A stretch of DNA of 64,000 bases from Anaerococcus vaginalis (GCF_018363915.1 NZ_JAGZMY010000007.1); one strand, 5' to 3'; shown: positions 36,423-47,884, counted from the first letter of the stretch. Notes: generated by a model from the sequence alone, not told the origin. A program made the numbers and translations.

Positions 36423-37361
36423 ATGGTTAATAAAGTTATTGAAGTTAGGTCTTTGGTTAAAAAATATAAAGATTTTATTGCTGTTGATAATTTGGATTTG
36501 GATTTATATGAAGGAGAAATTTTGGGGCTTTTGGGACCTAATGGTTCTGGAAAATCTACTAGCATTTCTTGCATTCTTTCTTTATTAAAAAATGATGGAG
36601 GATCTATTAAAATTTTTGGCGAAGAAATGACTGCTGATTCATTTAATATTAAGAAAAAAATTGGTGTAGTTTTTCAAGATGTTGGTGTTTATGATGAGCT
36701 TAATGTTTATGAAAATATAGATTATTTTTGCGGTCTATACATAAAAGATAAAAATAAAAGAAAAATTCTCGTGAAAAATACAATAGATCTTGTTGGTCTT
36801 GGTGATTTTGTTAAATTTAAACCTAAGCAATTATCTGGTGGACTTCTAAGAAGGTTAAATATTGCTTGTGGAATAGCTCACAAGCCTGACTTAATTATTT
36901 TTGATGAACCTACTGTTGCAGTTGATCCTCAATCTAGAAATAATATTTTGGAAGGGATAAAAAAGTTAAATGAAGATGGAGCAAGCATTATTTACACTTC
37001 TCATTATATGGATGAGGTTGAAAGCCTTTGTGATTACATTGTTATTCTTGATAAGGGAAAAATAATTGCGAAAGGCGATGCTGAAAGCTTAAAGGATACC
37101 ATAAATTTAAAGGAAAAAATTTCTTTTGAATCTGATAATTTATCAAATGATTTGATAGAAAAAATAAAAGCTATGGATTCTTTGATTGATTTTTCTATAA
37201 AGGGAAGAAATTGTAAATTAAGTTTTTCTAAAGATTCAAATATTTTAAATCTTGTTGATATATTAAATTCATTTGAAACAAAATATGACCATCTAAGCTC
37301 AAGTAGACCTAGTTTAAATGATGTATTTCTTGAATTGACTGGAAAAGAATTGAGGGATTAG
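36423..37361 (+). CDS. ABC transporter ATP-binding protein
   Basis: Walker A GPNGSGKST, signature LSGGLLRR and Walker B IIFDEPT. ATG after AAAAGGAGAAAA. Confidence 0.8.
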   Translation: MVNKVIEVRSLVKKYKDFIAVDNLDLDLYEGEILGLLGPNGSGKSTSISCILSLLKNDGGSIKIFGEEMTADSFNIKKKIGVVFQDVGVYDELNVYENIDYFCGLYIKDKNKRKILVKNTIDLVGLGDFVKFKPKQLSGGLLRRLNIACGIAHKPDLIIFDEPTVAVDPQSRNNILEGIKKLNEDGASIIYTSHYMDEVESLCDYIVILDKGKIIAKGDAESLKDTINLKEKISFESDNLSNDLIEKIKAMDSLIDFSIKGRNCKLSFSKDSNILNLVDILNSFETKYDHLSSSRPSLNDVFLELTGKELRD

Positions 37362-37362
37362 T

Positions 37363-38448
37363 ATGTTCGTTCACAGTTTTAAAAATACTTTTAAAGTTTT
37401 AATTAGGGATAAAAGTCTTATTTTTTGGTCTTTAATCTTTCCTTTAATCTTGGGATTTTTCTTTAATATTGCTCTTGGTAATATAAAAAATTCAATGAAA
37501 TTTGATCCTATTAATGTTGTTGTAAAAGATGGTTTGAGAGATGATAAATATTTTGATGATTTTTTGAAAACATTAGAAAAAGAAAAAATATTTAAAATTT
37601 GTGATAAAAAAAAGATGAATGATGAAAAAATCACTGCCTACATAAAAGATTATGACAAAGTAGAGTTTAAAAAATCAGGTCTATATGAATCTATTGTTGA
37701 AAGTATTTTGAATGCTTATATTAGAAAAGGGATGATGGCAAAGAAAATTTTTAGAAAAAATCCTAGTTTTAATCCCAAGATATTAACTGAAAGTTCAAAC
37801 CATATAAAGAATATTTCAAATAAAAATATAAATATTGTTAATACATTTTTCTATGCTCTTATTGGCATGCAGGCATTGTATGGATTTAGTTTTGGACTTT
37901 TGGTTATTTATAACTATGAAGCAAACCTATCCAGTCTTGCAAAAAGAAATGCAATGGCTCCTATAAAAAAATCAATAAGCCTTTCAGCATCAATTTTGGC
38001 AGGATTTATAATAAACTTTTCCATAGTCTTATTTACAATTTTATTTTTTAATAAAATTTATAAAATAGATTTTTCTAATAAGCTTATTCCATTGATTTTT
38101 CTTATTGGACTTGCAAGTTTATTTGGTGTTTTATTTGGCTCTTTAATTGCTTTAACAAATAAGGCAAGCATAGAAATTAAAAGTGGAATAGGAATAGCTA
38201 TAAGTATGATTTTTTCATATTTAGCTGGAATGATGAATTCGGACGTGAAAATAATAATTCAAGAAAATTACCCAATAATAAACAAACTTAATCCAGCATC
38301 TTTAATTAATGATGGAATTTATAGCCTTTACTATTATGATACTTTGGATAGGTATTGGGAAAATATTGGATATTTATTGTTTTTGACTTTGCTATTTGGA
38401 TTGATTTCTTATTTACTAACAAGGGGTAGGCAATATGATAGTATTTAA
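37363..38448 (+). CDS. ABC-2 family transporter permease
   Basis: Polytopic membrane protein coupled to the upstream ATPase. Confidence 0.6.
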   Translation: MFVHSFKNTFKVLIRDKSLIFWSLIFPLILGFFFNIALGNIKNSMKFDPINVVVKDGLRDDKYFDDFLKTLEKEKIFKICDKKKMNDEKITAYIKDYDKVEFKKSGLYESIVESILNAYIRKGMMAKKIFRKNPSFNPKILTESSNHIKNISNKNINIVNTFFYALIGMQALYGFSFGLLVIYNYEANLSSLAKRNAMAPIKKSISLSASILAGFIINFSIVLFTILFFNKIYKIDFSNKLIPLIFLIGLASLFGVLFGSLIALTNKASIEIKSGIGIAISMIFSYLAGMMNSDVKIIIQENYPIINKLNPASLINDGIYSLYYYDTLDRYWENIGYLLFLTLLFGLISYLLTRGRQYDSI

Positions 38449-39556
38449 AAATTATTTTAAAATAATAAGAGGCCATACTAAGGCTATAGCCTTATATACA
38501 ATAATTTTTATGTCCTTACTTATATTTTCTAATTCTACTAATACCAATGCCAATGTTTATAAAAAAGAAAAGGCAAAAATATATGTAGAAGACTTAGCAC
38601 AAAGTGATTTATCAAAATCTTTTATTACATATATGGAAAAAGAAAATAAAATTGTTGATCTTAAAGGAAAAAATATTGACGATAATTTATTTTATGGAAT
38701 AGTGACAGCTTATATAAAAATTCCAGAAAATTTTGATAAAGAAAGAAAAGTTGGAATAAAAAAGAGCCAAAGTGCTAAATATTATCAATATGTAAAAGAA
38801 TCAGTAAATTTATATTTAGACCAAATTTCAGCCTATGAAAAGTCAGGTTTTACGACTAAAGATGCAATAAAAAACACTAAAAAAGATTTTAAAAAGAATG
38901 TAGAAGTTTCCTTGAAAAAAGATAAGAGTCCAATTATAGAAGAAAAAATTTTATTTTTCTTTAACTTTTTATCTTATGTATTTTTAAGTCAAATAATTTT
39001 GGTAGTTTCCTTAGTTAGTTTGAGCTATAAAAATAAAAATATTAAACAAAGAAATTTAATTTCTCCTTTGAGTAGTTTTAATAGGAATTTACAAATTCTT
39101 TTTGGAAATATTTCTTTTGCAATTATTTCTTGGGTTTTATATATGCTTGTATTTTTCATTTTAAATGGAAAGGAAAATCTAACAAGTAGAGTGGTTTATA
39201 TGATGATAAATTCATTGGTTTTCGCTTTATCTACAGTGAGCCTCGCACTTTTTATTTCTAAATTAATAAATAATAGCAATATTATGATGGCTGTAATGAA
39301 TATTTTTTCTCTAGGTTCATCATTTTTAACAGGTGTTTTTGTGCCTCAAGAAATTTTAAGTAAAAATGCTCTTTTAATAGGTAAAATTTTCCCAAGCTTT
39401 TATTATGTGGCAAATAATAATATGATAGCAAATGATTTTTCTAAAAAAATATTTTTAAATAATATTTTTATTATCTTAGGCTTTGCTATGATTTTTGCTT
39501 TTATAAGTTTGGTAATAGATAAATTTTTGTTATTTAATAAAAATCCCAAAAAATAA
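38435..39556 (+). CDS. ABC-2 family transporter permease
   Basis: Second polytopic permease in the same operon. Confidence 0.55.
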   Translation: MIVFKNYFKIIRGHTKAIALYTIIFMSLLIFSNSTNTNANVYKKEKAKIYVEDLAQSDLSKSFITYMEKENKIVDLKGKNIDDNLFYGIVTAYIKIPENFDKERKVGIKKSQSAKYYQYVKESVNLYLDQISAYEKSGFTTKDAIKNTKKDFKKNVEVSLKKDKSPIIEEKILFFFNFLSYVFLSQIILVVSLVSLSYKNKNIKQRNLISPLSSFNRNLQILFGNISFAIISWVLYMLVFFILNGKENLTSRVVYMMINSLVFALSTVSLALFISKLINNSNIMMAVMNIFSLGSSFLTGVFVPQEILSKNALLIGKIFPSFYYVANNNMIANDFSKKIFLNNIFIILGFAMIFAFISLVIDKFLLFNKNPKK

Positions 39557-39859
39557 GAAATTTTTAAAATTTTCCTATTTCGTAGACAAATCCTCAAGCA
39601 CGAATATTTGACTTCAAAAATTGTTGATTTCTAAATTTGAAATCAAATCAATTTTTTCCGTATGATATTCTTAGCATGAGGATTTATATGCTTTTTCAAA
39701 AGTATGCGAAAAATTTAAAATTTTCCATTTTTGATATAGATAGAATTTTTTTATTATGGGTATCTATATTTATAGTAAACTATTTAATAAATTTTTATTA
39801 GCTATAACTTTATCAATATAAAAAAATAGTATATAATTTTACTAATAGGAGGAAAAGTT

Positions 39860-40582
39860 TTGCGAGATATAAAAAGAGTAGTTTTAAAATTAAGTGGAGA
39901 AGCACTTGCAAAAGATAAGGGATTTGGTTTTGATGATGATACCATTGATCTTATTTGCGAAAATATAAAAAAAGCTAGAGATAAGGGACTTGAAATTGCC
40001 ATAGTTGTTGGCGGTGGAAATTTCTGGAGAGGTAGAAGCGGTCAACATATTGAACGTGCAACAAGTGATACGATTGGTATGCTTGGAACTGTTATGAATG
40101 GTCTTAGAGTTCAAGATACTCTTGAAAAAATGGGACTTGAAACAAGACTAATGACTGCAATAAATATGCAAGAAGTTGCTGAGCCTTACATAAGAAGAAG
40201 GGCTGTAAGACATCTTGAAAAGGGAAGGATTGTAATTTTTGCAGCAGGCACTGGTCTACCATATTTCTCAACTGACACAACAGCATCTCTTAGGGCTTTA
40301 GAAATTAATGCTGATATGATTTTATTAGGCAAAAAAGGAACTGATGGAATTTATGACAAAGATCCTAATAAATTTGATGATGCAGTTAAGTATGAAAAAT
40401 TAACCTATAGTGAAATTTTACAAAAAAGATTGAAGATTATGGATTCTACAGCAACAAGTTTGTGTATGGATAATGATATGCCAATCCTTGCTTTTGGAAT
40501 TGATAATCCAGAAAATTTAGTTAAAATAGTTGAAGGAAAAGAAATTGGTACAATTGTAAAGGAGAATTTTGATGTACGATAA
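39860..40582 (+). CDS. pyrH: UMP kinase
   Basis: The KLSGEAL segment and GGGN motifs are present. TTG start after TAGGAGGAAAAG. Confidence 0.85.
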   Translation: MRDIKRVVLKLSGEALAKDKGFGFDDDTIDLICENIKKARDKGLEIAIVVGGGNFWRGRSGQHIERATSDTIGMLGTVMNGLRVQDTLEKMGLETRLMTAINMQEVAEPYIRRRAVRHLEKGRIVIFAAGTGLPYFSTDTTASLRALEINADMILLGKKGTDGIYDKDPNKFDDAVKYEKLTYSEILQKRLKIMDSTATSLCMDNDMPILAFGIDNPENLVKIVEGKEIGTIVKENFDVR

Positions 40583-41129
40583 GATTATTAAAGATACTGA
40601 AGCTTCGATGAAAAAAGCTTGTGAATCATTCGAAATTAGAATATCAAAAATTAGAGCAGGTAGGGCTAATGATTCTATATTGGATGGAATTACATTTTCA
40701 TATTATGGAAGTCAAACACCAATTAACCAAGCTGCAACCATATCTACACCAGAGCCAAGACTTTTAGTTATTAAACCTTGGGATAAATCTAATATTAAAG
40801 AAATTGAAAAGGCTATTAATAAATCTGATTTAGGAATAAATCCACAAAATGATGGAGAAGTAATTAGACTTCCATTCCCAGCTTTGACTGAGGAAAGAAG
40901 AAAAGAACTTACAAAACAAGTTTCTGAATATTCTGAAGATAGCAAAATTCAAATTAGAAATATAAGAAGAGATTCAATGGATATAGCAAAAAAAGCTGAA
41001 AAATCCGCAGACTTAACAGAAGATGATTTGTTTTCAATAGAAGAAGATATACAAAAAATTACAAAAAAATATATTGATAAAATTGAAAAAACTGTTGAAA
41101 GCAAAAATAAAGAATTACTTGAAGTTTAA
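40569..41129 (+). CDS. frr: ribosome recycling factor
   Basis: Full-length RRF with the typical N- and C-terminal segments, in the canonical position after pyrH. Confidence 0.85.
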   Translation: MMYDKIIKDTEASMKKACESFEIRISKIRAGRANDSILDGITFSYYGSQTPINQAATISTPEPRLLVIKPWDKSNIKEIEKAINKSDLGINPQNDGEVIRLPFPALTEERRKELTKQVSEYSEDSKIQIRNIRRDSMDIAKKAEKSADLTEDDLFSIEEDIQKITKKYIDKIEKTVESKNKELLEV

Positions 41130-42227
41130 TTGAATAAAATAAAATTTGATAAGCTGAAGGCTTTTTTAAACAAGGATATAGGAAAAGCTAGGATAAATTC
41201 CAATATTTTATCCTTATTTTTAAAGCAATTAAGTTTACTTATTGACTCATCGGTATCCTTATACGATAGTTTAATGATAATAATTGACCAAAGACTTGAC
41301 AAGAAATTGAACAAGGCTTTGGTCAATGTATCATTAGCCCTAAAAAAGGGAGACGAAGCCTATGTGGCTTTTAAAAAAGAAGAAAAAGCCTTTGGACCTA
41401 TTGTTACAGCTTTTGTGAAAAGTGGAGATGCAAGTGGAAATCTTTCAAAGATTCTTGATGAGTTATCTACATATATGACCGAAGAAAGTAAAAACAAAAA
41501 TCAAATAAGTGAAGCTTTGATTTATCCTATAATTTTATTAATTGTTACTATAGGAGTTGTTATAACGATTTTAACAAAAGTTATGCCTACTTTTATAGAA
41601 GTTTTTGAAGAAAATGCAAGAAACTTACCAATAGCTACAAAAATTCTTTTAAATATTTCAGATTTTTTTAATAAAAATGGCTTTTTTATTTTATTAATAA
41701 TTTTTATTTTTGTTTTTACAATAATTTTACTAAGACGTAAAGATAAATACAGAAATAAAATTGATGAAAGTTTATTTAAAAGTATGTTTTTTAAAAAATT
41801 TAGACTTTTAAATATAGAATACCAAATTTCTTCGCTTTTATATATCCTAAAAAAGGGCGATGTAGATATTATTGAAAGCATTGATATAATAAAAAATTCT
41901 TTCAAAAATCAATATTTAAAACAAATTCTAACAAATGTAGAGGAGAGCCTAAAACTAGGAAATAATTTATCAAGCTCTTTAGATAAGGAAAATGTTTTTA
42001 CGAAATTATTTATAGCTATGATAAAGGTAGGCGAAGATAGTGGAGATATGACAAAATCTCTCAAAAAATCCTCCAATTATTATGCTAATGAATATATTTA
42101 TAGACTAAAAAGAATATCAAGATTAGCTGAACCTTTTTTGATACTTTTTATGGCTTTAGTAGTTGGATTTGTAGTTTTTTCTATTGCCATACCAATGTTT
42201 GATTCGGTTAATGCCATTAATTTTTAA
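41130..42227 (+). CDS. type II secretion / competence pseudopilus platform protein (GspF/ComGB-like)
   Basis: Two T2SSF-type repeats and three TM segments. TTG start immediately after the frr stop. Confidence 0.6.
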   Translation: MNKIKFDKLKAFLNKDIGKARINSNILSLFLKQLSLLIDSSVSLYDSLMIIIDQRLDKKLNKALVNVSLALKKGDEAYVAFKKEEKAFGPIVTAFVKSGDASGNLSKILDELSTYMTEESKNKNQISEALIYPIILLIVTIGVVITILTKVMPTFIEVFEENARNLPIATKILLNISDFFNKNGFFILLIIFIFVFTIILLRRKDKYRNKIDESLFKSMFFKKFRLLNIEYQISSLLYILKKGDVDIIESIDIIKNSFKNQYLKQILTNVEESLKLGNNLSSSLDKENVFTKLFIAMIKVGEDSGDMTKSLKKSSNYYANEYIYRLKRISRLAEPFLILFMALVVGFVVFSIAIPMFDSVNAINF

Positions 42228-42238
42228 GGAGAAGTTAA

Positions 42239-42621
42239 TGTTTAAAAAATTTAAAAATAAAAAAAGAGGATTTACTCTTATTGAATTAATTATTGTAATT
42301 GCAATTATAGCCATACTTGCAGCAATAGCTATACCAAAATATCAAAAATCAAAAAAACAAGCGGCAATAACTGCTCATAATGCGAATGTGTCAATGTTAA
42401 AAACTGCAGCTAGCGTAAAATTAAATGAATTAAATGCAAATGATGACGAAGTAACTTGGACAAAAGAAAGTGAAGATTCACTTCAATATGTAGAAAAATG
42501 GCCTGAGATTCCAAAAGGAATTGGACTAGATGCAAGTGGATATAAGGTAAGAATTAATCCTAAAAATTCAACAATTACAATTGAGCCAGATACAATTGAT
42601 CTAAAAGAGAAAAATAAATGA
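42239..42621 (+). CDS. major pseudopilin (ComGC-like) with prepilin N-terminal methylation motif
   Basis: [22 protein letters not shown] is a class III signal peptide. RBS GGAGAAG. Confidence 0.65.
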
Positions 42622-43313
42622 TTAATATAATTTATTTTTTCTTGGGAGCAATATTCGGTTCGTTTGCACATTTATTGTGTGATAGAACTCTTAGAGGAGA
42701 AAATATTGCTTATCCACCAAGTCACTGCTCATTTTGTAACAACAAAATATTAAAAAGAGATCTTATACCTATTTTTTCTTACATAAATTTAAAAGCAAGG
42801 TGTAGATTTTGCCAAAAAAAGATCCCATTTTCATATGTTTTTTATGAAATAATAGGGGGTCTTTTATTTATATTTGCTATGAAAGAAAAAACTTTTATGG
42901 AAGGAAGTTTGATTTTTTTATCTCTAATTTTTTCTTTTGTAATAGCTATGATTGATTTAAAAAGCATGGAAATATATATGGGATATGTTTATATTTTAGT
43001 CTTTATTGGATTAATATATAGAATTTTTTATTTGGGATTTGATTTTGAATTTTTTAAAATTATTTTAATTTTTACTTTCCTATATTTTTTAATTTATTTT
43101 ATATCTAAGAAAAATATAGGAGATGGAGATTATTTTTTCTATTTAGCCTTATTTTTATTTTTAAAAAATGAAAGAATTTTATATTTAATTTTAGGCTCTA
43201 TTTGGATTGGAGCGATTTTTGCAATTATAATAGCTATCAAGAAAAAATCAATGAAAATAATGATTCCATTATGTATTTATATATTTATTGCTTATATTAT
43301 AAGTCTTTTGTGA
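42618..43313 (+). CDS. prepilin peptidase (A24 family)
   Basis: N-terminal zinc-binding CxxC...CxxC pair (CSFCNNK, CRFCQKK) and a polytopic membrane core with GDGD. Confidence 0.7.
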   Translation: MINIIYFFLGAIFGSFAHLLCDRTLRGENIAYPPSHCSFCNNKILKRDLIPIFSYINLKARCRFCQKKIPFSYVFYEIIGGLLFIFAMKEKTFMEGSLIFLSLIFSFVIAMIDLKSMEIYMGYVYILVFIGLIYRIFYLGFDFEFFKIILIFTFLYFLIYFISKKNIGDGDYFFYLALFLFLKNERILYLILGSIWIGAIFAIIIAIKKKSMKIMIPLCIYIFIAYIISLL

Positions 43314-43314
43314 G

Positions 43315-43728
43315 GTGTTTATGAAAAAAAGAGCCTTTACCTTAATTGAATTAATAGTTACACTTGCTATAATTTCTTTGATTTCAAGTGTGATTTTAAT
43401 AAAATCGGGTTTGATACCAAAACTTCAAGAAAGAAAAGAAATTGAAAACTTGCAAGCTGATATAAATTATTGCAGAGAAAAATCTCTAGTTACAGGTTAT
43501 AAATATAAAATAAACATAGATAGTAATAATTACGCAATAAAAAGAGCTGATGATAATGAAATGGTAAAAGAAGTTTATTTTAAATATATAAAATCAAACA
43601 CAAAAAATACTTTTGTATTTAGACCAACAGGAAGTGTAGAGGGAGCAAGTACAATTTATTTTTCTTCTTTTAACAAAAAATATTCTATTATAGTATCGCC
43701 GATTGCTGGAAGGATAAGATATGAATAA
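43315..43728 (+). CDS. minor pseudopilin (ComGD-like)
   Basis: Prepilin motif KRAFTLIELIVTLAIISL. Confidence 0.55.
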   Translation: MFMKKRAFTLIELIVTLAIISLISSVILIKSGLIPKLQERKEIENLQADINYCREKSLVTGYKYKINIDSNNYAIKRADDNEMVKEVYFKYIKSNTKNTFVFRPTGSVEGASTIYFSSFNKKYSIIVSPIAGRIRYE

Positions 43729-44035
43729 AAATAAAAAAGGATTTACCTTGATTGAAATACTTATTGCTCTAGCTCTTATAAGTATAATAAGCATTTACCT
43801 GCTTCCATCACTTTTTTCAATTTATGAAAATTCCAGAAAAATAAAAGACGATTCTAAAATTTTATTTACAATGCAGAAAGTTTTAGAAAAATCAAAAAAT
43901 AGAGATGAAGGAGAATATGAAGACTTAGAAAATGGCTTTAAAATTAATACAAGTATTGAATCATACAATGAAAATTTGAAATATATAGAAGTAAGATATG
44001 ATAAATATAATTTGGAAGTGGTGGTAAAAAAATGA
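43721..44035 (+). CDS. minor pseudopilin (ComGE-like)
   Basis: Prepilin motif KKGFTLIEILIALALI. Confidence 0.5.
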   Translation: MNKNKKGFTLIEILIALALISIISIYLLPSLFSIYENSRKIKDDSKILFTMQKVLEKSKNRDEGEYEDLENGFKINTSIESYNENLKYIEVRYDKYNLEVVVKK

Positions 44036-44502
44036 GAAAAAAAGGCTTTACCCTCTTAGAATTAATTTGTGCCATAGCCATTGGATCAATCCTTATAGTT
44101 TTAATAAATAATATTGTAAAGACAAATCTTTCAATTAGTAAAAAAGCCTATGAGGATGAAATTGACTATAAAAATTCAACAAATTGTATTTTGTATATAG
44201 AAAATGTTATAAGAAAATCAGATAAAATAATTGACTTTAAAAATGAAAATAATTTCAAATTATTAATTAGTGAAGGCAAAAATAAGTCTACATATAGATT
44301 TGAACAAAATGGAAAAAAATTATACGTCTATATTAATAATTTAAATTCAAATAGCCAAAGAGAAATAAAAATCCCAATAGGATATTGTAGTGATTCGAAA
44401 ATATCTTATGATAAAGATGATGATTCATTTTCAATAGATATTGATTTTTATGAAAAAGAAGGAAATTCAAATTACAAAACTTATATAAGGAGGCTTGAAT
44501 GA
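44032..44502 (+). CDS. minor pseudopilin (ComGF-like)
   Basis: Prepilin motif KKGFTLLELICAIAIGS. Confidence 0.5.
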   Translation: MRKKGFTLLELICAIAIGSILIVLINNIVKTNLSISKKAYEDEIDYKNSTNCILYIENVIRKSDKIIDFKNENNFKLLISEGKNKSTYRFEQNGKKLYVYINNLNSNSQREIKIPIGYCSDSKISYDKDDDSFSIDIDFYEKEGNSNYKTYIRRLE

Positions 44503-45413
44503 AAAAAAGAGGTTTTTTATCCATTTATGTTCTGATAATTTTACTTCTTTTATCAATAAGCCTAACCTTTATATACGAGCAGGCAATAAATAACAATGAT
44601 TCAAATAAGGACTTGTACGATAGGAAAAAAGCAATCTACGAATTAGAATCACTTTATTCCATAATTGTAGATGATAAAAAAACTTTGTTGGAAGATGTTG
44701 AGATAGTAAATAAAAATGATGACAATTTGTGGTATCCATTTTATTTTTATTATTTTGATGAAAAAGAAGAAGTAAAAATTCAAAAACAAAATAAAAAAGA
44801 ATTTGTATTAAGAAGTGTAAAAAAAATTGGAAATTCAAAGGCTATATTAGAAATGGTTTTGGATTTAAGAAATAAGTATGAGCTAAGAGAAAATAAAAAA
44901 ATAATACTTGATGAAAATTTCGACGAATTTTACAAAAATTTGAATTTTAAACAAAATAAATTTGAAGAATTTGAAAATTTCACATTAGAAAATGATTTAG
45001 AAAATCGATTTTTAAAAATTGGTGGACAATTAATTGTAAAAAGAGAGAAAGAAAAGATTACATCAAGCGAAATTTCAAATTATGATAATTTAGAAAAAAA
45101 TCAGAGCAATTTATCAAATGAAGAAAAAAATTTTTCCAATAAAACTAAGACACCAAGACGAATTAGTGGTATAGTAATTATTGGTAAAGATTTGATTTTG
45201 GAAAATGATTTAGTTTTGGATGGTTTGCTTATAATAAAAGGCGATATTATTTCAAAAAATAATAGCAAACTTATTATAGATGGGCAATTAATATCAAAAA
45301 ATGATTACACTAATATAGTTGATTATTCATACAATGAAGAAAAATCACTAGATTATATTGATGATATAGAAAATCCAAAATTTATTGAAATTAAATCAAA
45401 AAAAGTATTTTAA
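44499..45413 (+). CDS. pseudopilus-associated protein (ComGG-like), N-terminal TM
   Basis: N-terminal hydrophobic segment. It is the last gene of the pseudopilin operon. Confidence 0.35.
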   Translation: MKKRGFLSIYVLIILLLLSISLTFIYEQAINNNDSNKDLYDRKKAIYELESLYSIIVDDKKTLLEDVEIVNKNDDNLWYPFYFYYFDEKEEVKIQKQNKKEFVLRSVKKIGNSKAILEMVLDLRNKYELRENKKIILDENFDEFYKNLNFKQNKFEEFENFTLENDLENRFLKIGGQLIVKREKEKITSSEISNYDNLEKNQSNLSNEEKNFSNKTKTPRRISGIVIIGKDLILENDLVLDGLLIIKGDIISKNNSKLIIDGQLISKNDYTNIVDYSYNEEKSLDYIDDIENPKFIEIKSKKVF

Positions 45414-45424
45414 TGGAGGAATAA

Positions 45425-46612
45425 ATGAAAATATTAGTTATCAACTGTGGCTCTTCATCTTTAAAATATCAATTATTTGATATGGACAATGAAGAAGTTT
45501 TAGTAAAAGGTCTTGTAGAAAGAATTGGAATAGATGGCTCAAGACTTAAACAAGAAAAAGGCGACGACGAATATATAATTGAAGAAGATATGAAAGACCA
45601 TACTGAAGCAGTTAAACACGTATTTGATGCTATAACTGATAAAGAAAATGGTGTGATTTCAGATTTATCTGAAATTGATGCAGTTGGCCATAGATTTGTT
45701 CATGGTGGAGAAAAAATTACAAAATCTGTTGTAATTGATGACGAAGTTAAAGAAGCTGTAAAAGAATATTCAAAATTTGCACCATTACACAATCCAGCAA
45801 ATATGATGGGACTTGAAGCTTGTGAAAAACTTCTACCAAATGTAAAAAATGTTGCAGTATTTGATACAGCATTCCACCAATCAATGCCAGAAGAAAATTT
45901 CCTTTATGGAATTGATTATAAATACTACGAAGACCAAGCTGTTAGAAAATATGGCTTCCATGGAACAAGCCATGATTTCATCACACAAAAAACAGCAAAA
46001 GTTTTAGAAAAAGATCAAAAAGATTTAAATATGATTTCATGCCATTTGGGAAATGGATCTTCAATATGTGCAGTTAAAGAAGGAAAATCATTTGATACAA
46101 CAATGGGACTTACACCACTTGAAGGACTTGTAATGGGAACAAGAAGTGGAGATTTAGATCCAACAGTTGTAACATTTTTGATGAATGAATATGGATATGA
46201 TACAAAAAAAATGGACAATGTCCTAAATAAAGAATCAGGAGTTCTTGGAGTTTCTGGAGTATCATCAGACTTTAGAGATCTTGAAAATGCTGCAAATGAT
46301 GGAAATAAAAGAGCAGATATTGCTTTAAAAATGTTTGCTAACAGAGCAAAAAGATATGTAGCAGGATATATGGCAGAAATCGGAAAAACTGATGCGATTG
46401 TATTTACTGGTGGAATCGGAGAAAATTCAGCAACAATGAGAGCTGACATAATGAAAGGCTTTGAACAATTTGGAATTAAAATTGATCCAGAAAAAAATAG
46501 TGTTCGTGGCGGTTGTCATTTAATCTCAACTGACGATTCAAAAGTAAAAGTTTTTGTAATAGCAACAAACGAAGAATTAATGATTGCAAGAGACACTAAA
46601 AAACTAGTATAG
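45425..46612 (+). CDS. ackA: acetate kinase
   Basis: The start MKILVINCGSSSLKYQ and the remaining acetate/propionate kinase signatures are present. Confidence 0.9.
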   Translation: MKILVINCGSSSLKYQLFDMDNEEVLVKGLVERIGIDGSRLKQEKGDDEYIIEEDMKDHTEAVKHVFDAITDKENGVISDLSEIDAVGHRFVHGGEKITKSVVIDDEVKEAVKEYSKFAPLHNPANMMGLEACEKLLPNVKNVAVFDTAFHQSMPEENFLYGIDYKYYEDQAVRKYGFHGTSHDFITQKTAKVLEKDQKDLNMISCHLGNGSSICAVKEGKSFDTTMGLTPLEGLVMGTRSGDLDPTVVTFLMNEYGYDTKKMDNVLNKESGVLGVSGVSSDFRDLENAANDGNKRADIALKMFANRAKRYVAGYMAEIGKTDAIVFTGGIGENSATMRADIMKGFEQFGIKIDPEKNSVRGGCHLISTDDSKVKVFVIATNEELMIARDTKKLV

Positions 46613-46613
46613 C

Positions 46614-46642
46614 TTGACAATTTTAACATTTACTTATATAAT
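46614..46642 (+). promoter_or_regulatory. rpmF-plsX operon promoter TTGACA-17-TATAAT
   Basis: Perfect consensus hexamers with a 17-nt spacer, located between the ackA stop and the rpmF RBS. Confidence 0.6.
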
Positions 46643-46681
46643 GTTTAAGATTGCTAAAACTCATAACTAGGAGGTGTTAGA

Positions 46682-46861
46682 ATGGCAGTACCTAAGAGAA
46701 GAACATCAAAAACAAGAAAAAATAAAAGAAGAGCTTCAGCTTACAGATTAAATAAATCAACTTATGTAGAGTGTCCAAATTGTCATGAACCAATGTTACC
46801 ACATAGAGTTTGTCCAAGCTGTGGTTATCATAAAGGCAAAGAAGTTCTTGAGTTAAATTAA
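46682..46861 (+). CDS. rpmF: 50S ribosomal protein L32
   Basis: [17 protein letters not shown]...CPNCHE...CPSCG. RBS AGGAGGTG. It is 59 aa, below the ORF-track threshold. Confidence 0.85.
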   Translation: MAVPKRRTSKTRKNKRRASAYRLNKSTYVECPNCHEPMLPHRVCPSCGYHKGKEVLELN

Positions 46862-46909
46862 GATAGTGGTAACACTATCTTTTTTTAATATCAAAAATAA
46901 GGGGAAATT

Positions 46910-47884
46910 ATGAAGATAATTATAGATACTTATGGAGTAGATGACGGAATAAAAATTCCAATAGAAGGTGCAATTAGTGCTTTAAAAGAAAAAGATTTTG
47001 TGCCAGTTTTTTCTGGAGATAAAGAAAAAATAGAAAAAATTATTGATGGAAGAATAAAATCCTACGAAATAATAGATGCTAAAGACAAAATTGAAAATAA
47101 TGAAGATCCAGTAAAGGCCATTAGAAGAAAAAAAGATTCTACAATGGTTAAAGCTTTCGAAAAATTAAATGAAGATGGTTACGATGGATTAGTTTCTGCA
47201 GGCTCAACAGGAGCAATTCTTGCAAGCGGATTATTTATTTCTGGAAGAATTAAAGGAATAAAAAGAGCTTGCATTGCAACAAGCCTACCAACTTATGAAA
47301 ATACAACTTTATTATTGGATACTGGGGCAAATATGGATTGCAAAGCAGAATTTTTAAAAGAATTTGCAATAATGGGAAGTGTTTTTGCAAAAAATGTACT
47401 TCATATAGAAAATCCTACAGTTTCACTTTTAAATGTTGGAATCGAAGAACATAAGGGCAACAAATTAGCAAAAGAAACTTACAAATTATTGGAAGAATCT
47501 TCAATAAATTTCAAAGGAAATATTGAAGCAAGAGATTTATTTACTGGCAAGACTAATATAGTAATAGCAGATGGATTTGACGGAAATATTGCTATAAAAA
47601 CTGCAGAAGGTGTAATTAGTCTTTTCAGTAAGGAAATTAAAGATGCAATTTACAAATCATTTTCAACAAAAATTGGGGGAGCCTTGATAAAAAATTCTTT
47701 AAAAGAAAATTTATCAAAATATAACTCAGATTCTATAGGAGGAGCTCCACTTTTGGGAGTAAACCAATATGTTTACAAGGCTCACGGCAATTCTAATGAA
47801 AAAGCATTTAGCTCAGCGATTTTAGGCTTAATAGATTATGTAAATACAAATACAATAGAAAAAATAAAAGGAGAATTAGAATGA
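46910..47884 (+). CDS. plsX: phosphate acyltransferase PlsX
   Basis: PlsX family protein in the rpmF-plsX-acpP context. Confidence 0.85.
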   Translation: MKIIIDTYGVDDGIKIPIEGAISALKEKDFVPVFSGDKEKIEKIIDGRIKSYEIIDAKDKIENNEDPVKAIRRKKDSTMVKAFEKLNEDGYDGLVSAGSTGAILASGLFISGRIKGIKRACIATSLPTYENTTLLLDTGANMDCKAEFLKEFAIMGSVFAKNVLHIENPTVSLLNVGIEEHKGNKLAKETYKLLEESSINFKGNIEARDLFTGKTNIVIADGFDGNIAIKTAEGVISLFSKEIKDAIYKSFSTKIGGALIKNSLKENLSKYNSDSIGGAPLLGVNQYVYKAHGNSNEKAFSSAILGLIDYVNTNTIEKIKGELE

